Below, in pieces: positions 7,683-18,189 of a stretch of DNA of 54,648 nucleotides. The translations under genes were made by a program, and so were the position numbers. Position 1 is the first letter of the stretch; each line of letters begins with the position of its first letter. The notes beneath the pieces were generated by a model. The model saw nothing but the letters and a program-made list of their open reading frames with translations. It had not been told where the DNA came from and searched no databases. Origin of the DNA: an uncultured Mycoplasmatota bacterium (lineage in GTDB: Bacteria > Bacillota_I > Bacilli_A > RF39 > UBA660); the NCBI GenBank assembly GCA_946490195.1, contig CAMLWN010000002.1:1-54648 (forward strand), read 5' to 3'.

Positions 7683-7690
7683 TTCTTTTT
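7655..7690. terminator. Bidirectional terminator between convergent genes
   Basis: Perfect 13-bp inverted repeat AAAAGAATTAGCT/AGCTAATTCTTTT with flanking A and T runs. Confidence 0.6.
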
Positions 7691-7698
7691 GAATACTT

Positions 7699-9144
7699 TT
7701 ATAAAATAATTGAGAAGAATGTTAATAAAATAACATTAACAATTGCAATAGTTAATACAACTTTAAATGCCCATTTAAACCAAGTTGAATATTCTACTTT
7801 AGCTAAAGCAAGTCCTCCCATAATTGCCCCACACGTTGGAGTAATTAAGTTTACAAGTCCATTAGCTGCTACCATAGTCATAACAGTCGTTTCCACACTA
7901 TAATTTAATTGAGTAGCTAAAGGTCCAATAATTGGAGCTGATAATGTTACTAAACCTGAAGATGATGGAACTAAAATAGATAGTACTACATGTAAAACAT
8001 AGTTAAGTGGAGTAAAGACAAATGCTGGAACATTTCGTAATAATTCAGCTGCATTATAAATAATATAATTATCTAAATGTGTAGTTTGCATTAATACTGA
8101 TGCTCCGCGAGCAATTGCAATAATTAAAATAACTCCAACCATATCATCTGCACCATCTACAAATGTATCAACAAAACTTTTTTCTCCTGTATGATTTATA
8201 ATTCCAATTAATACAGCCATTATTAAGAACCATAAAGCTGCTTCAAAGAAATACCAGCCACCTAATGGTGTTCCTGTTAACCATCCAGTAAACTTAGTAA
8301 AGAATGTAACTCCAAAGTCTTCCCATGGAATAAATCCAATAATCATAACTAAAAATGTTAAAGCAAATAACCATAAAGTAACCTTTTGATGAAAATCTAA
8401 ATGAACAACTTTACTTTGAGCTTCTTCATCTTTAACACCATATTCTTTTTCCATATTTTTTTGTTCTCTCAAAGAAAGAATTGTTGAGCCTTTTTTCTTA
8501 ATAACTCTTTTTGCATACATCATAACAAAGAAAATAGAAATTGCTAAAGTTGTTAACCATAAAGCTACACCAATACCTATAATTAATCCTTGATTAACTA
8601 CTGTTCCCTCTGGTAAGGCACTTATTGCAGCCCCTACTGCAAATGGGTTAATTGTTGAGCCTAAAACTCCACTTCCTGCACCAAGTAAAACAATTGCTGA
8701 GGCAACTACTGTATCCATACCTGCCATAACCATAGTTGCTGATAAAAGTGCATAAAAGCCAACTGTCTCTTCAAGCATACCATAAGTAGTTCCACCTAAA
8801 GAGAAAATAAACATTAAAATTGGAATTAAAACAAGTTCATGTCCTTTTAATTTTCGAACTAATACTTGTATTCCTGTTTCCAAAGCTTTAGTTCTTGATA
8901 CTACAGCTAAAAACCCTCCTAAAATTAATACGAAAATTCCTACATCAATCGCATTTTCAAATCCTAAAATTGGAGCCATTAAAATATCTGATAAACTTGC
9001 TCCAACAACACCACTACCGTTGACGATTTCCTCACCAACAAATTCTGCTTTTGGTAAAAAATGCGAAACAATACCAAGAACAAAAATTAAAATTAAAATA
9101 ATTGAGAATGAGGTTAAAAACCCCTTTTTCTTAGATTTTGCCAT
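7699..9144 (-). CDS. YfcC/DcuC-type (C4-dicarboxylate anaerobic carrier family) membrane transporter; last gene of the ADI operon and a putative arginine/ornithine exchanger
   Basis: Polytopic 481-aa membrane protein with YfcC-like sequence character, directly downstream of arcC. Confidence 0.7.
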   Translation of the reverse strand: MAKSKKKGFLTSFSIILILIFVLGIVSHFLPKAEFVGEEIVNGSGVVGASLSDILMAPILGFENAIDVGIFVLILGGFLAVVSRTKALETGIQVLVRKLKGHELVLIPILMFIFSLGGTTYGMLEETVGFYALLSATMVMAGMDTVVASAIVLLGAGSGVLGSTINPFAVGAAISALPEGTVVNQGLIIGIGVALWLTTLAISIFFVMMYAKRVIKKKGSTILSLREQKNMEKEYGVKDEEAQSKVVHLDFHQKVTLWLFALTFLVMIIGFIPWEDFGVTFFTKFTGWLTGTPLGGWYFFEAALWFLIMAVLIGIINHTGEKSFVDTFVDGADDMVGVILIIAIARGASVLMQTTHLDNYIIYNAAELLRNVPAFVFTPLNYVLHVVLSILVPSSSGLVTLSAPIIGPLATQLNYSVETTVMTMVAANGLVNLITPTCGAIMGGLALAKVEYSTWFKWAFKVVLTIAIVNVILLTFFSIIL

Positions 9145-9153
9145 TTTATCCTC

Positions 9154-10086
9154 CTATACAATCCAAGTACCCGTTTTACCATTTAAAGCAGGTAACGCTT
9201 TTTCAAGCGATGTAATAATCGCTACTTTTTTTGTATTTTTTACAAACTCAACACATGCTTCTACTTTTGGCTTCATACTCCCTTCTTTAAACTCTTTATT
9301 ATCCATATAGATAAGAGCTTCCGACACAGTCATCTCATCAAGCTTTTTCTCATGCTCTGTATTAAAACCAATGCAAACTTGATCAACAGCTGTTAAAATC
9401 ACGAAAACATCAGCTTTAACATCCATTGCAAGTCTAGCGCTTGTTTTATCTTTATCAATAACTGCATCTACTCCAACTAAATGATTCCACTTTTGAACAA
9501 CGGGAATACCACCACCACCAGCTGCTACAACAATATGTCCTTTATGTAAAAGATCTTTTATTACACCTTTTTCAATAATTTTTAAAGGCTTTGGGGATGC
9601 AACTACTCGTCTATATCCTCTCCCAGCATCCTCTTTCATTACCCAGCCATTTTCTTTTTCAAGTTCTTCAGCTTCTTCTTTCGAATAAAAGCTACCAATT
9701 GGCTTTGTTGGATTTGAAAAAGCCTTATCCTTAGAATCAACTAAAACCTGTGTTACAACAGTTACACAACTCTTAGCAATATCATTTTTATAAAGTTCTT
9801 GTTGAATAGCTTGTTGCAAATGATAACCGATATACCCTTGACTCATTGCGCCACATTCTGCAAAAGGAACTTCAGGAGTATTTTCTTCCTCATGCGAATA
9901 CTCTAAAGCCATATTTATCATTCCAACTTGAGGTCCATTTCCATGAGTAACAACAACTTGATAACCTTCACGAACCAAAGATACAATACTTTTTGCAGCT
10001 TTCTTAACCAGCTTTAATTGTTCCTCTGGGGTATTTCCTAATGCATTACCACCTAATGCTATAACAATTTTTTTACACTTATTCAT
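9154..10086 (-). CDS. arcC: carbamate kinase
   Basis: [22 protein letters not shown] and [10 protein letters not shown] motifs. Confidence 0.92.
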   Translation of the reverse strand: MNKCKKIVIALGGNALGNTPEEQLKLVKKAAKSIVSLVREGYQVVVTHGNGPQVGMINMALEYSHEEENTPEVPFAECGAMSQGYIGYHLQQAIQQELYKNDIAKSCVTVVTQVLVDSKDKAFSNPTKPIGSFYSKEEAEELEKENGWVMKEDAGRGYRRVVASPKPLKIIEKGVIKDLLHKGHIVVAAGGGGIPVVQKWNHLVGVDAVIDKDKTSARLAMDVKADVFVILTAVDQVCIGFNTEHEKKLDEMTVSEALIYMDNKEFKEGSMKPKVEACVEFVKNTKKVAIITSLEKALPALNGKTGTWIV

Positions 10087-11077
10087 CTTTTAAAGTTGCA
10101 AGCATAACTGCTTTAATCGTATGAAGTCGATTTTCTGCTTGATCCATAACTTTTGATTGACTAGACACAAATACATCATTAGTAACTTCCATTTCATTAA
10201 TTCCAAATTTTTCAGAAATCTCTTTTCCAATTTTAGTATTTGTATCATGAAAAGATGGTAAACAATGTAAAAATATAGCATTAGGATTAGCGTAACTCAT
10301 TATTTCTTTATTCACTTGATATGGTTTTAAAAGACGAATTCTGTCTTCCCATAAAGATGCATCTTCTCCCATAGAAACCCAAACATCAGTATAAAGAACA
10401 TCAGCATCTTTAACACCTTCACGTGGATCTTCAGTAAGTAAAATTGTTGAACCTTCTCTTTGAGCAATTTCTTTACAGATAGAAACTAAAGTTTCATTAG
10501 GAAATAATTCTTTAGGAGCGCAACAGGCAAAATGAATTCCAAGTTTTGCACAAACAACCATTAAAGAACATGCCACATTATTACGAGCATCTCCTAAAAA
10601 AACTAATTTTCTTCCCTTAACTTCTCCAAAGTTTTCTTGCATTGTTAAAATATCTGCAAGCATTTGAGTTGGATGAAATTCATTAGTAAGTCCATTCCAA
10701 ACTGGAACAGAAGAGTTTTTAGCAAGTTCTTCTACAACGGTTTGTTCAAATCCACGATATTCAATTCCATCATACATTCTAGATAAAACTTGAGCAGTAT
10801 CTGCAATACTTTCTTTTTTTCCCATTTGAGAACCAGTAGGACCTAAGTAAGTAACACCCATACCTAAATCCATTGCTCCAACTTCAAATGCACAACGAGT
10901 TCTTGTAGAATCTTTTTCAAAAAGTAAAACAACATTTTTACCTTTTAAATAAGCATGATTTTCATGATTTTTTTTCTTTTCTTTTAAAACTTTCGCTAAT
11001 CCTAAAAGATATAAAATTTCTTCTTGAGAATAATCTAACAATTTTAAAAAATCTCTTCCTTTTAAACTAATATTCAT
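10079..11077 (-). CDS. arcB: ornithine carbamoyltransferase (catabolic context)
   Basis: STRTR, HPTQ and HCLP motifs. Overlaps arcC by 8 nt. Confidence 0.92.
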   Translation of the reverse strand: MNISLKGRDFLKLLDYSQEEILYLLGLAKVLKEKKKNHENHAYLKGKNVVLLFEKDSTRTRCAFEVGAMDLGMGVTYLGPTGSQMGKKESIADTAQVLSRMYDGIEYRGFEQTVVEELAKNSSVPVWNGLTNEFHPTQMLADILTMQENFGEVKGRKLVFLGDARNNVACSLMVVCAKLGIHFACCAPKELFPNETLVSICKEIAQREGSTILLTEDPREGVKDADVLYTDVWVSMGEDASLWEDRIRLLKPYQVNKEIMSYANPNAIFLHCLPSFHDTNTKIGKEISEKFGINEMEVTNDVFVSSQSKVMDQAENRLHTIKAVMLATLKDE

Positions 11078-11078
11078 T

Positions 11079-12317
11079 TTAATCTTCTCTTTCTAATGGC
11101 ATACTCATACATCTAGGACCACCACGTCCACGAGATAACTCTGCCCCGTGAAGCTCTAAAACAACAAGTCCTGCTTCTCTTAAAACTTGGTTCGTAACTT
11201 CATTACGGTCATAAACAACTACAACACCTGGTGCAATACATAAAGTATTTGAACCATCATTCCATTGTTCACGTTCACTACCAACTTTATCTCCTCCAGC
11301 ACATGGAATTAAAGTAACAGGAACTCCTAAATAATGTTCCAAAATATTTCCTAAAGAATCATTAATTTCACGAACATTTAAATCTTCTTCACTACTTGGA
11401 TCATTGCCTTCAGTAATTTCAAAAACTTGTAAAGTATCTAAAATTCCAGGATGATATGTAAAAATATTGCGGTCAATTTGTGTAAATACTGTATCCAAAT
11501 GCATGAAAGCTCTTGAATTTGGAATATTAAAAGCTAAAACCGTATCAATTTTACATTTTTTATCTTTAAATAAATTCTTAGCAATTTGGTCAATTGCTTC
11601 AGCGCGTGTACGTTGAGAAATACCAATAGCTAAAGTATGTTCATTTAAATTTAAAATATCTCCACCTTCAATATGATAATCATAAGTACGATTATAATAT
11701 TTTGGAACATCTTTATATTCTGGATGATAAGTAAAAATATACTCAGCATATATAGTTTCTCTATTTCTTGTAACGGAATACATTCTATTTAAAGAAATAC
11801 CATTTCCAATACTTGCAAAATTATCTCGAGTAAAATACAAATTTGGCATTGGATCAGCTAAGAAATTTGTTTCATCAGTAACTAAATCAACTAAAGATTT
11901 TTCTGTTTCTCTTTTACGACGATTAATTTCTTTTACTTGAATTCCCTCCATAGTTTTTAAAACAAGTTCTTTTGTATCTTTAAAACTCATTAAATATTCA
12001 AAAACCAAATCTTTGTATTTTGGAGTACAAATACCAGCTTCTTCAATAAACTGTCTTAAGAATTTTTCTTTAATTTCTTGACTAATATTTAAAACATCAG
12101 TCATTAAATCTTCCAAGTAAACAACTTCAACGCCGTTACTTTTTAAAATTCTTGCAAATTCATCATGTTCATCTTGAGCATCCTTTAAATAAGGAATATC
12201 ATCAAAAAGTAAATCATGAAGAGTGTCCGGTGTCAAATTTAAAAGTTCATTACCCGGACGGTGTAATAAAACTTTTTTTAGTGGTTTAATTTCACTAGTT
12301 ACATGAATAGCATTCAT
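11079..12317 (-). CDS. arcA: arginine deiminase
   Basis: 412 aa. N-terminal [17 protein letters not shown] and C-terminal [10 protein letters not shown] are typical of ArcA. Confidence 0.92.
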   Translation of the reverse strand: MNAIHVTSEIKPLKKVLLHRPGNELLNLTPDTLHDLLFDDIPYLKDAQDEHDEFARILKSNGVEVVYLEDLMTDVLNISQEIKEKFLRQFIEEAGICTPKYKDLVFEYLMSFKDTKELVLKTMEGIQVKEINRRKRETEKSLVDLVTDETNFLADPMPNLYFTRDNFASIGNGISLNRMYSVTRNRETIYAEYIFTYHPEYKDVPKYYNRTYDYHIEGGDILNLNEHTLAIGISQRTRAEAIDQIAKNLFKDKKCKIDTVLAFNIPNSRAFMHLDTVFTQIDRNIFTYHPGILDTLQVFEITEGNDPSSEEDLNVREINDSLGNILEHYLGVPVTLIPCAGGDKVGSEREQWNDGSNTLCIAPGVVVVYDRNEVTNQVLREAGLVVLELHGAELSRGRGGPRCMSMPLERED

Positions 12318-12335
12318 TTATATCCCTCTTTCCTT

Positions 12336-13052
12336 CTAATGTTTTATTTTTCCCAAAAAAACTTTCAACCGCTCCGACTTCGGATGATTGAAAATTTCTA
12401 AAGGAGTTCCCTCTTCTAAAATTTTTCCTTCATCCATAAAAATCACTCGGGTTGCAAATTCTTTAGCAAAATTTAATTCATGAGTTACAACGACCATCGT
12501 CATTCCCTCTCTTGCAACATCCATCATCAAATTTAAAACTTCATCTATCATCTCCGCATCTAAAGCACTAGTCGGTTCATCAAACAAAATGATATCTGGA
12601 TGCATCATTAATGTTCTAATAATCGCGACTCGTTGCCTCTGTCCTCCAGATAAAGAGGAAGGATAAACCTCACTTTTATCTTCGAGATGAATTTGACTTA
12701 AATATTTTTTAGCATTTTCATTAATAGTTTTCTCATCTTCTATTTTTCTTGATAATGGAGCAATCGTTATATTTTCCCAAACAGTTAAATTTTCAAATAA
12801 ATTGAAACTTTGAAAAACCATTCCTACTTTATGTCTCATTCGTTTAAATTCATTTTTAGTAATATCTTTATCTTCAAAAAAAATCTTACCTTGAAAACTT
12901 TCTAACCCATTTAAACATCTTAAGAATGTAGATTTTCCACTACCACTCGGGCCAATAATAACGACTCTTTCCCCTTTAGAAATTTCTAAAGAGATATTTT
13001 TCAAAATTTTATTTTTTCCAAAAGATTTAGATAATTTTTCAATTTTATACAT
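12336..13052 (-). CDS. polar amino-acid ABC transporter ATP-binding protein (GlnQ/ArtP-like)
   Basis: Walker [10 protein letters not shown], signature LSGGQRQR, Walker [12 protein letters not shown]. Confidence 0.9.
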   Translation of the reverse strand: MYKIEKLSKSFGKNKILKNISLEISKGERVVIIGPSGSGKSTFLRCLNGLESFQGKIFFEDKDITKNEFKRMRHKVGMVFQSFNLFENLTVWENITIAPLSRKIEDEKTINENAKKYLSQIHLEDKSEVYPSSLSGGQRQRVAIIRTLMMHPDIILFDEPTSALDAEMIDEVLNLMMDVAREGMTMVVVTHELNFAKEFATRVIFMDEGKILEEGTPLEIFNHPKSERLKVFLGKIKH

Positions 13053-13743
13053 ATCGATTTAACCTCCTTTCTCCAAAGGAAATTAACTTCGTTAATATAA
13101 AGGTACAGAACAAATAAATAATTGCTGTGATAATCAAAGGAAAGAAATAATCATATGTTCTAGAAGAAATAATATCAGAGGCTTTAATCAGTTCAACAAT
13201 ACCAATATAACTTGCCACTGAAGTTTCTTTCAAAAGAGTAATGACTTCATTTCCTAAAGCCGGGAAAATCTTACCTATAGCTTGTGGAAAAACAATACTT
13301 TTCATTGTTTTAAAATAACTAAGTCCTAAAGTTTTTGCCGCTTCTTTTTGTCCTCTAGAAACACCATCAAAACCAGCTCGGATAATCTCGGCAACATACG
13401 CTCCTGAATTAATCCCAAAAGTAAGGACGCCAACTGTAATAATAGAAATATCTACACTTCGAAAAACTACATAGTACAAAATCATTAATTGTAAAAGCGT
13501 TGGTGTTCCACGAATGATATATACATAAATGTTGGAAATAGCATTTAAAATTTTTAACTTACCAGTCTCTTTATGATAATCCCGAATAATAGAAACAACC
13601 GTTGCTATAACAAAACCTAATATTGCTGCAAAAAAAGCCATCAATAAGGTGTTTTTCAAACCTTCTAAAAAATATAAATATCGTTCATCATAAATGACAC
13701 TTTGATAAAAACGATCTCCTAATTCACTAAACCACTCAATCAT
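13045..13743 (-). CDS. polar amino-acid ABC transporter permease
   Basis: His/Glu/Gln/Arg-type permease features. Translationally coupled to the ATPase gene. Confidence 0.85.
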   Translation of the reverse strand: MIEWFSELGDRFYQSVIYDERYLYFLEGLKNTLLMAFFAAILGFVIATVVSIIRDYHKETGKLKILNAISNIYVYIIRGTPTLLQLMILYYVVFRSVDISIITVGVLTFGINSGAYVAEIIRAGFDGVSRGQKEAAKTLGLSYFKTMKSIVFPQAIGKIFPALGNEVITLLKETSVASYIGIVELIKASDIISSRTYDYFFPLIITAIIYLFCTFILTKLISFGERRLNRYV

Positions 13744-13755
13744 TTTACTCCCCCA

Positions 13756-14484
13756 TTATTCTGTATATTGTAAAATATACTCCTCAATTTTCCCTTCGTT
13801 CATCAATCTTGTTAATACTTCATTAATTTGATTTAATAATTCTGTATTTCCTTTTTTGACAACCATTCCATATTTATCGGAAAATAAAATACCATCCATA
13901 ATTTTTAGTTCTGGATTAGATTGAACAAGTTCTTTAGCAGGAAGTTCATCCATAACAATACAATCTGCTTTTCCACTTTTTACATCTTCGGCTGCTGCCA
14001 AATATTTTTTTTGAGAAACAATAGTAGCATTTGGATAATTTTCCTCTACATATCCTTCACCAACGGTTCCTAATTGAACAGCGATTTTTTTATCTCCTAA
14101 CTCATCAAAACTTTGAATGGAACTATCATTTCTTACAACAACAACTTGATTAGATACTGTATATTCAATAGTAAAATCTACTTGTTCTTTTCTTTCATCA
14201 GTAATACTAATTCCTGCTGCTCCAAAATCAGCCTTTCCACTCTGTACTTCATTAATAATAAAATCAAAAGCAACATCTTTAACTTCTAATTCTTTTCCTA
14301 AAGCTTTTGCAATCTCCTTAGCAATTTCAATATCTACTCCAACAACTTCACCGTTTTCATAGAACTCATAAGGAGCAAAACCTGCTTCAGTTGCCATAAT
14401 AAGTTTTTGGTCACGATCACTACCACAGCCTCCAAAAATTAAAATAGAAATGATTAGAAGAAGACTATATAAAACTTTTTTCAT
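13756..14484 (-). CDS. amino-acid ABC transporter substrate-binding lipoprotein
   Basis: Lipobox LIFGGC. Family-3 SBP-like sequence. Confidence 0.85.
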   Translation of the reverse strand: MKKVLYSLLLIISILIFGGCGSDRDQKLIMATEAGFAPYEFYENGEVVGVDIEIAKEIAKALGKELEVKDVAFDFIINEVQSGKADFGAAGISITDERKEQVDFTIEYTVSNQVVVVRNDSSIQSFDELGDKKIAVQLGTVGEGYVEENYPNATIVSQKKYLAAAEDVKSGKADCIVMDELPAKELVQSNPELKIMDGILFSDKYGMVVKKGNTELLNQINEVLTRLMNEGKIEEYILQYTE

Positions 14485-14561
14485 TATTCTACTCTCCCAC
14501 CTATTATAACCATTGTATCATAAAAAAAGTTTTTGTAAATCCACAAAACAGAAAAATGTCA

Positions 14562-14596
14562 AATAAAAAATGCGATTTTTCAATTTTTATCGCATT
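14562..14596 (-). terminator. Intrinsic terminator after the 189/151-aa gene pair
   Basis: AATGCGAT/ATCGCATT stem followed by a T-run on the minus strand. Confidence 0.55.
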
Positions 14597-14619
14597 ATAA
14601 AAACAAATTTTATATTTTT

Positions 14620-15075
14620 CTAGTCTATTGGTTTTAATACCCTTTTTGGACAATTTAATAATTTTGCAGACTTATCAATTGGTCTTTCTTTTGCTCGATA
14701 AGTAACACCATCATAAAAAATATCATAAACAACGTTTATATAATCATATGAAGATGTAAGTATCGTTGCCAATTTTTTTCTAGCATAAGAAACATTCTGT
14801 GGTAAAAACAAGATACCTGACCGATAATTTTCTTTTTGCTTTGAAGTATCTATAAAAACGATATTTCCTTCTAAAACTATTTTAATTGCAATCATATTTC
14901 TAGTATTTTGATATAAATCTTCCAAAGTAACCGTTCTATATGTTTTTTTAGAAAGATACTCTTGCCAATATTCTAAATGATTTTGATAATTTGAATTTCG
15001 AAATAAAATATCAATAGCTCCATAAATTGGTTTAGAATTATGAATAACAAATATTTTAATATCTTGAATGCCCAT
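14620..15075 (-). CDS. hypothetical protein, 151 aa
   Basis: Intact ORF that overlaps the upstream ORF by 20 nt. No recognisable domain. Confidence 0.5.
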   Translation of the reverse strand: MGIQDIKIFVIHNSKPIYGAIDILFRNSNYQNHLEYWQEYLSKKTYRTVTLEDLYQNTRNMIAIKIVLEGNIVFIDTSKQKENYRSGILFLPQNVSYARKKLATILTSSYDYINVVYDIFYDGVTYRAKERPIDKSAKLLNCPKRVLKPID

Positions 15076-15625
15076 ATTTCTGTCGTCTAGCTAAATAATT
15101 TTGTATTGCTACTGAACCATTTTCAAAATACGTTTCTTTAATATTCTTTTCATAATCATAATATTCTTTTACTTCTATCTCTCTAAAATAATTAACATAT
15201 AAATCAAGTTCCTTCAAAGCTTCATTTTGAGCATCAGTAGGATTTATAGGAATTAATAATTGTCCATGTATTCCATTTATAAAAAATGTTGGTCCTTCAT
15301 ATGTAGTGGTATTATTAAACAAAATATTTCCATCTTCTAAAAATTCATAAATAGGTGCATAAATATTACCCTGCTTAATTTTTTCTAACAAATCTATTTT
15401 ATCAGGGAAAAAATTTTCAACTAATTTAGCTAAATAATGTTGATGTTGATTACAAGTTATCTCTTTATTAAAAATAGAAATAGTTTTTCCATCATTACTC
15501 ATATCCGAATATAAAATTGTCCCATCTGGACAAATAAGAACAAATTTTGGATGACTTTTCACATTGTCTATCGTTCCCGGTTGTTTAGAATAAACACACT
15601 CATTCATAAAATCAATTGCTTGCAT
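15056..15625 (-). CDS. hypothetical protein, 189 aa
   Basis: Own promoter (TTGCTG-17-TATAAT) and RBS AAGAAAGAGG upstream. No recognisable domain. Confidence 0.55.
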   Translation of the reverse strand: MQAIDFMNECVYSKQPGTIDNVKSHPKFVLICPDGTILYSDMSNDGKTISIFNKEITCNQHQHYLAKLVENFFPDKIDLLEKIKQGNIYAPIYEFLEDGNILFNNTTTYEGPTFFINGIHGQLLIPINPTDAQNEALKELDLYVNYFREIEVKEYYDYEKNIKETYFENGSVAIQNYLARRQKYGHSRY

Positions 15626-15688
15626 AATACTACCTCTTTCTTAAATACCATTATACAATATTAAAGAAAAAACAGCAAATTCTAAAAT

Positions 15689-16153
15689 TTACTGTTCTTG
15701 AAATGCTTTAATTGCATCATACTCATTATTCTTTTGAGTTTCTAAAATATTTTTTAATTCTTCTTCATTACTACTTCCAAAACCAACCATTACTTCTTCA
15801 CCAATGAGAACAGTTGGTGTACCTTCATTTTCTCTATCCAAGAAAGACATCACATCATCCATAAGTTTTGCATTCTCTTCATCTTTCCAAGTTTCAAAAG
15901 AAAATATTTGATAATCATTTTTCCATAAGTTGGCATTGTCTTCTAAAAAAACACGTAAATCTTCACAATGAGCACAACCATTGCCCCAGAAAATATAAAT
16001 GTTTTTTTTATCGTCCACATAAGTAACATCACTAATATGGTCATTTTTTAAAACTTCAACTTTAGTCATATTATCATATACAACTAAACCAACTATAAAA
16101 ACAATAAAAACTAAACAAAAAATTCCAAACGCTTTTAATACTTTTGTATCCAT
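15689..16153 (-). CDS. membrane-anchored thioredoxin-fold protein with a CxxC motif
   Basis: N-terminal TM segment, WGNGCAHCEDL active-site-like motif, and GTPTVLIG (cis-Pro loop). Confidence 0.75.
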   Translation of the reverse strand: MDTKVLKAFGIFCLVFIVFIVGLVVYDNMTKVEVLKNDHISDVTYVDDKKNIYIFWGNGCAHCEDLRVFLEDNANLWKNDYQIFSFETWKDEENAKLMDDVMSFLDRENEGTPTVLIGEEVMVGFGSSNEEELKNILETQKNNEYDAIKAFQEQ

Positions 16154-16155
16154 AA

Positions 16156-18102
16156 TTAAAACCTCACATATTGCTCTGTATCATATAGTATACCATCAAT
16201 TTTTAAATAAATCGAGTATTTTCCACTTAAACCTTCCTGATTTATATATTTTGTTACCACAATACCATTTTCAGTTTCTTCTTCAGTAAACACATCCACA
16301 CATAAAGCTGTATAAGGTTTTTTACTAATAGGTACATCATATCTTTTTGCTAAACCATTTTGATAAAGAATAACTTCTACATCAGTTCCACGTAAGAAAC
16401 GTCCAGAAAAAACAAATCGGTCAGCTTCTTGAGTCATTTGAATTTCATGAGATTCTTCTATTTCTTCAAAATCATGAGCACCAATACTAAAGAAGATAGA
16501 TTCATTATCCACTTCTGTTTTTCCAAGACTCCCTACTTTCGAAGGTTCTCCTAAAGAAAAAACTTCATTTTCATATAAATCCATTTTTTCTGCACGATAA
16601 TTATTTGTAGGCAAAACAATTTCAAAAATCACTTGATCATTTAAAAGTTCAACGGTATCAGAAGTAAGTTTTACATCTCCACTTGTTAAACCGGCTGGTT
16701 GATTAGAAGGTTTTCCATCTACTGAAACAATTCCACCAGAATGAACAATATAATGATTTTTATCTAAATAATCAACATCAGAAATATATGGACTGTAAAA
16801 AGAACTTCCTCTTTCTTTTCCATATTCCCAAACTTGTTCAATAGTCATCTTTTCCGTATCAATTTTATACATAACTCCACGAGTATAGCTTTCACTTGCC
16901 GGAACATATTCACTAGAAATCTTACTCTTATTATTTCCGTTATCTAATATAAACACATAACCTTCAGGTGTAATCATCGCTGCATGTTGACTCCATTGCC
17001 ATTCAAAATCTTCACCCACTGGTGTAAAGAAATATTTTTGATATTCTTCACTCCAATTTGTCGGGTCTCCAATAATCCAATTAAGTTCACCAGTTTCATA
17101 AGAAATATTAATTACAGCGTCCATATGTCTTCCAGATAAAGTAATAGAATTCGTATTTTCATCATACCAAACGGAATTATTATGAAACCAATCATATTGG
17201 CTCCAGTTCTCACTTTTTCCATCTTCCTTATTTAAAATTTTTGTTAAATCAAAAGTTTTAACAATATCACCAGTCTCACGATCGACTTCAACAATATAAT
17301 CTTCTACAGTTCCAGAAGAAAAATTATCACTAGCTACTAAAAAGTTTCCATTAGGCATCTCATAATAATCATGATGATACCCACCTTCCAAACTATATTC
17401 TTTCACAATTTTTCCAAGTAAAGTTATCTCATACATTCCAGTCATATAATATGGAGAATTAACAAGTCTTTCAGTACTAACAAGCAAATTCCCATTTTCT
17501 AACCGGTCGATTCTCCACAACGCATAATTAGTTAAATACCAACGAACATCTCCATTCACATCATACGCAACAGTATAACCAGAACTTGAAGGTGTGAAAA
17601 AATAAAGTTCATTCCCTAATTTACTTTTATCAGCTTTAACACTTGTAGGTAAAATCATATCTTCTGGTAAAGCTTCAGTTTCAATAACTATCTTTTTTGT
17701 TTGGTCTCCAACTTTTAAAGTAATTTCATTTTTCTTTCCCGCATAAAGTCCATAAATAGGTAAATAATGCTCCCTTGTAGCTTCAAACGTATGTGTAAAA
17801 GTAGTATTTTTATCTTTACCAGGAATAGTAACAGTAACTTCTACTTCTTCATCAGTTTGAAAAATTACTAAAGCAGTTAAAGGAGAATTTCCATAAGGAT
17901 TCACAATCACATTAGGATTATCAATTGTATATCCTTCAATTTGAAATTCTTTTTCTTTTTCAATTTGACTATCCATCAAACTAACAATTTGTTCTACTTC
18001 CTCATGATTTTGAGAAAACAAATCTAGTCCAACATAACAAACTAATAAAAGAATAACAAAACATAACAAACCAATCCCTATCATTTTTTTCTTTTTTTCC
18101 AT
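16156..18102 (-). CDS. aryl-sulfate sulfotransferase (ASST family) beta-propeller protein, membrane anchored or secreted
   Basis: NPYGNSPLTALVIFQT, GGYHHDYYEMPNGN and DWFHNNSVWYDENTNSITLSGRHMDAVINISYETGELNWIIGDP are ASST-like. The start was moved to MEKKKK (GGAGGGAAG RBS) because the longer track ORF runs through the upstream terminator. Confidence 0.8.
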   Translation of the reverse strand: MEKKKKMIGIGLLCFVILLLVCYVGLDLFSQNHEEVEQIVSLMDSQIEKEKEFQIEGYTIDNPNVIVNPYGNSPLTALVIFQTDEEVEVTVTIPGKDKNTTFTHTFEATREHYLPIYGLYAGKKNEITLKVGDQTKKIVIETEALPEDMILPTSVKADKSKLGNELYFFTPSSSGYTVAYDVNGDVRWYLTNYALWRIDRLENGNLLVSTERLVNSPYYMTGMYEITLLGKIVKEYSLEGGYHHDYYEMPNGNFLVASDNFSSGTVEDYIVEVDRETGDIVKTFDLTKILNKEDGKSENWSQYDWFHNNSVWYDENTNSITLSGRHMDAVINISYETGELNWIIGDPTNWSEEYQKYFFTPVGEDFEWQWSQHAAMITPEGYVFILDNGNNKSKISSEYVPASESYTRGVMYKIDTEKMTIEQVWEYGKERGSSFYSPYISDVDYLDKNHYIVHSGGIVSVDGKPSNQPAGLTSGDVKLTSDTVELLNDQVIFEIVLPTNNYRAEKMDLYENEVFSLGEPSKVGSLGKTEVDNESIFFSIGAHDFEEIEESHEIQMTQEADRFVFSGRFLRGTDVEVILYQNGLAKRYDVPISKKPYTALCVDVFTEEETENGIVVTKYINQEGLSGKYSIYLKIDGILYDTEQYVRF

Positions 18103-18142
18103 TCTACTTCCCTCCAACAAAAATTCTACAAAATTTTTTTTC

Positions 18143-18183
18143 AAAAAAAAAGAAACGTTTAGTTTAATCAAACTAAACGTTTC
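18143..18183 (-). terminator. Strong intrinsic terminator after the XRE-type regulator gene
   Basis: Perfect 14-bp stem GAAACGTTTAGTTT/AAACTAAACGTTTC followed by T10 on the minus strand. Confidence 0.8.
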
Positions 18184-18189
18184 GTTTAC

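Noticed and set aside
9020-10281. ORFs 9020-9310 (+) and 10090-10281 (-) overlap yfcC/arcC and arcB.
   Set aside because: They are antisense or alternative-frame shadows of well-supported genes, with no RBS and an implausible composition.
18103-18171. The track gives N-terminal extensions for the ASST ORF here. It does the same for the ORFs starting at 27085, 31383, 37072, 40096, 40418, 42198, 46138, 49370, 50248, 52672 and 54091.
   Set aside because: The extended starts run through terminators or neighbouring genes and lack an RBS. Internal ATGs with proper Shine-Dalgarno spacing, and family-typical N-termini, were used instead.
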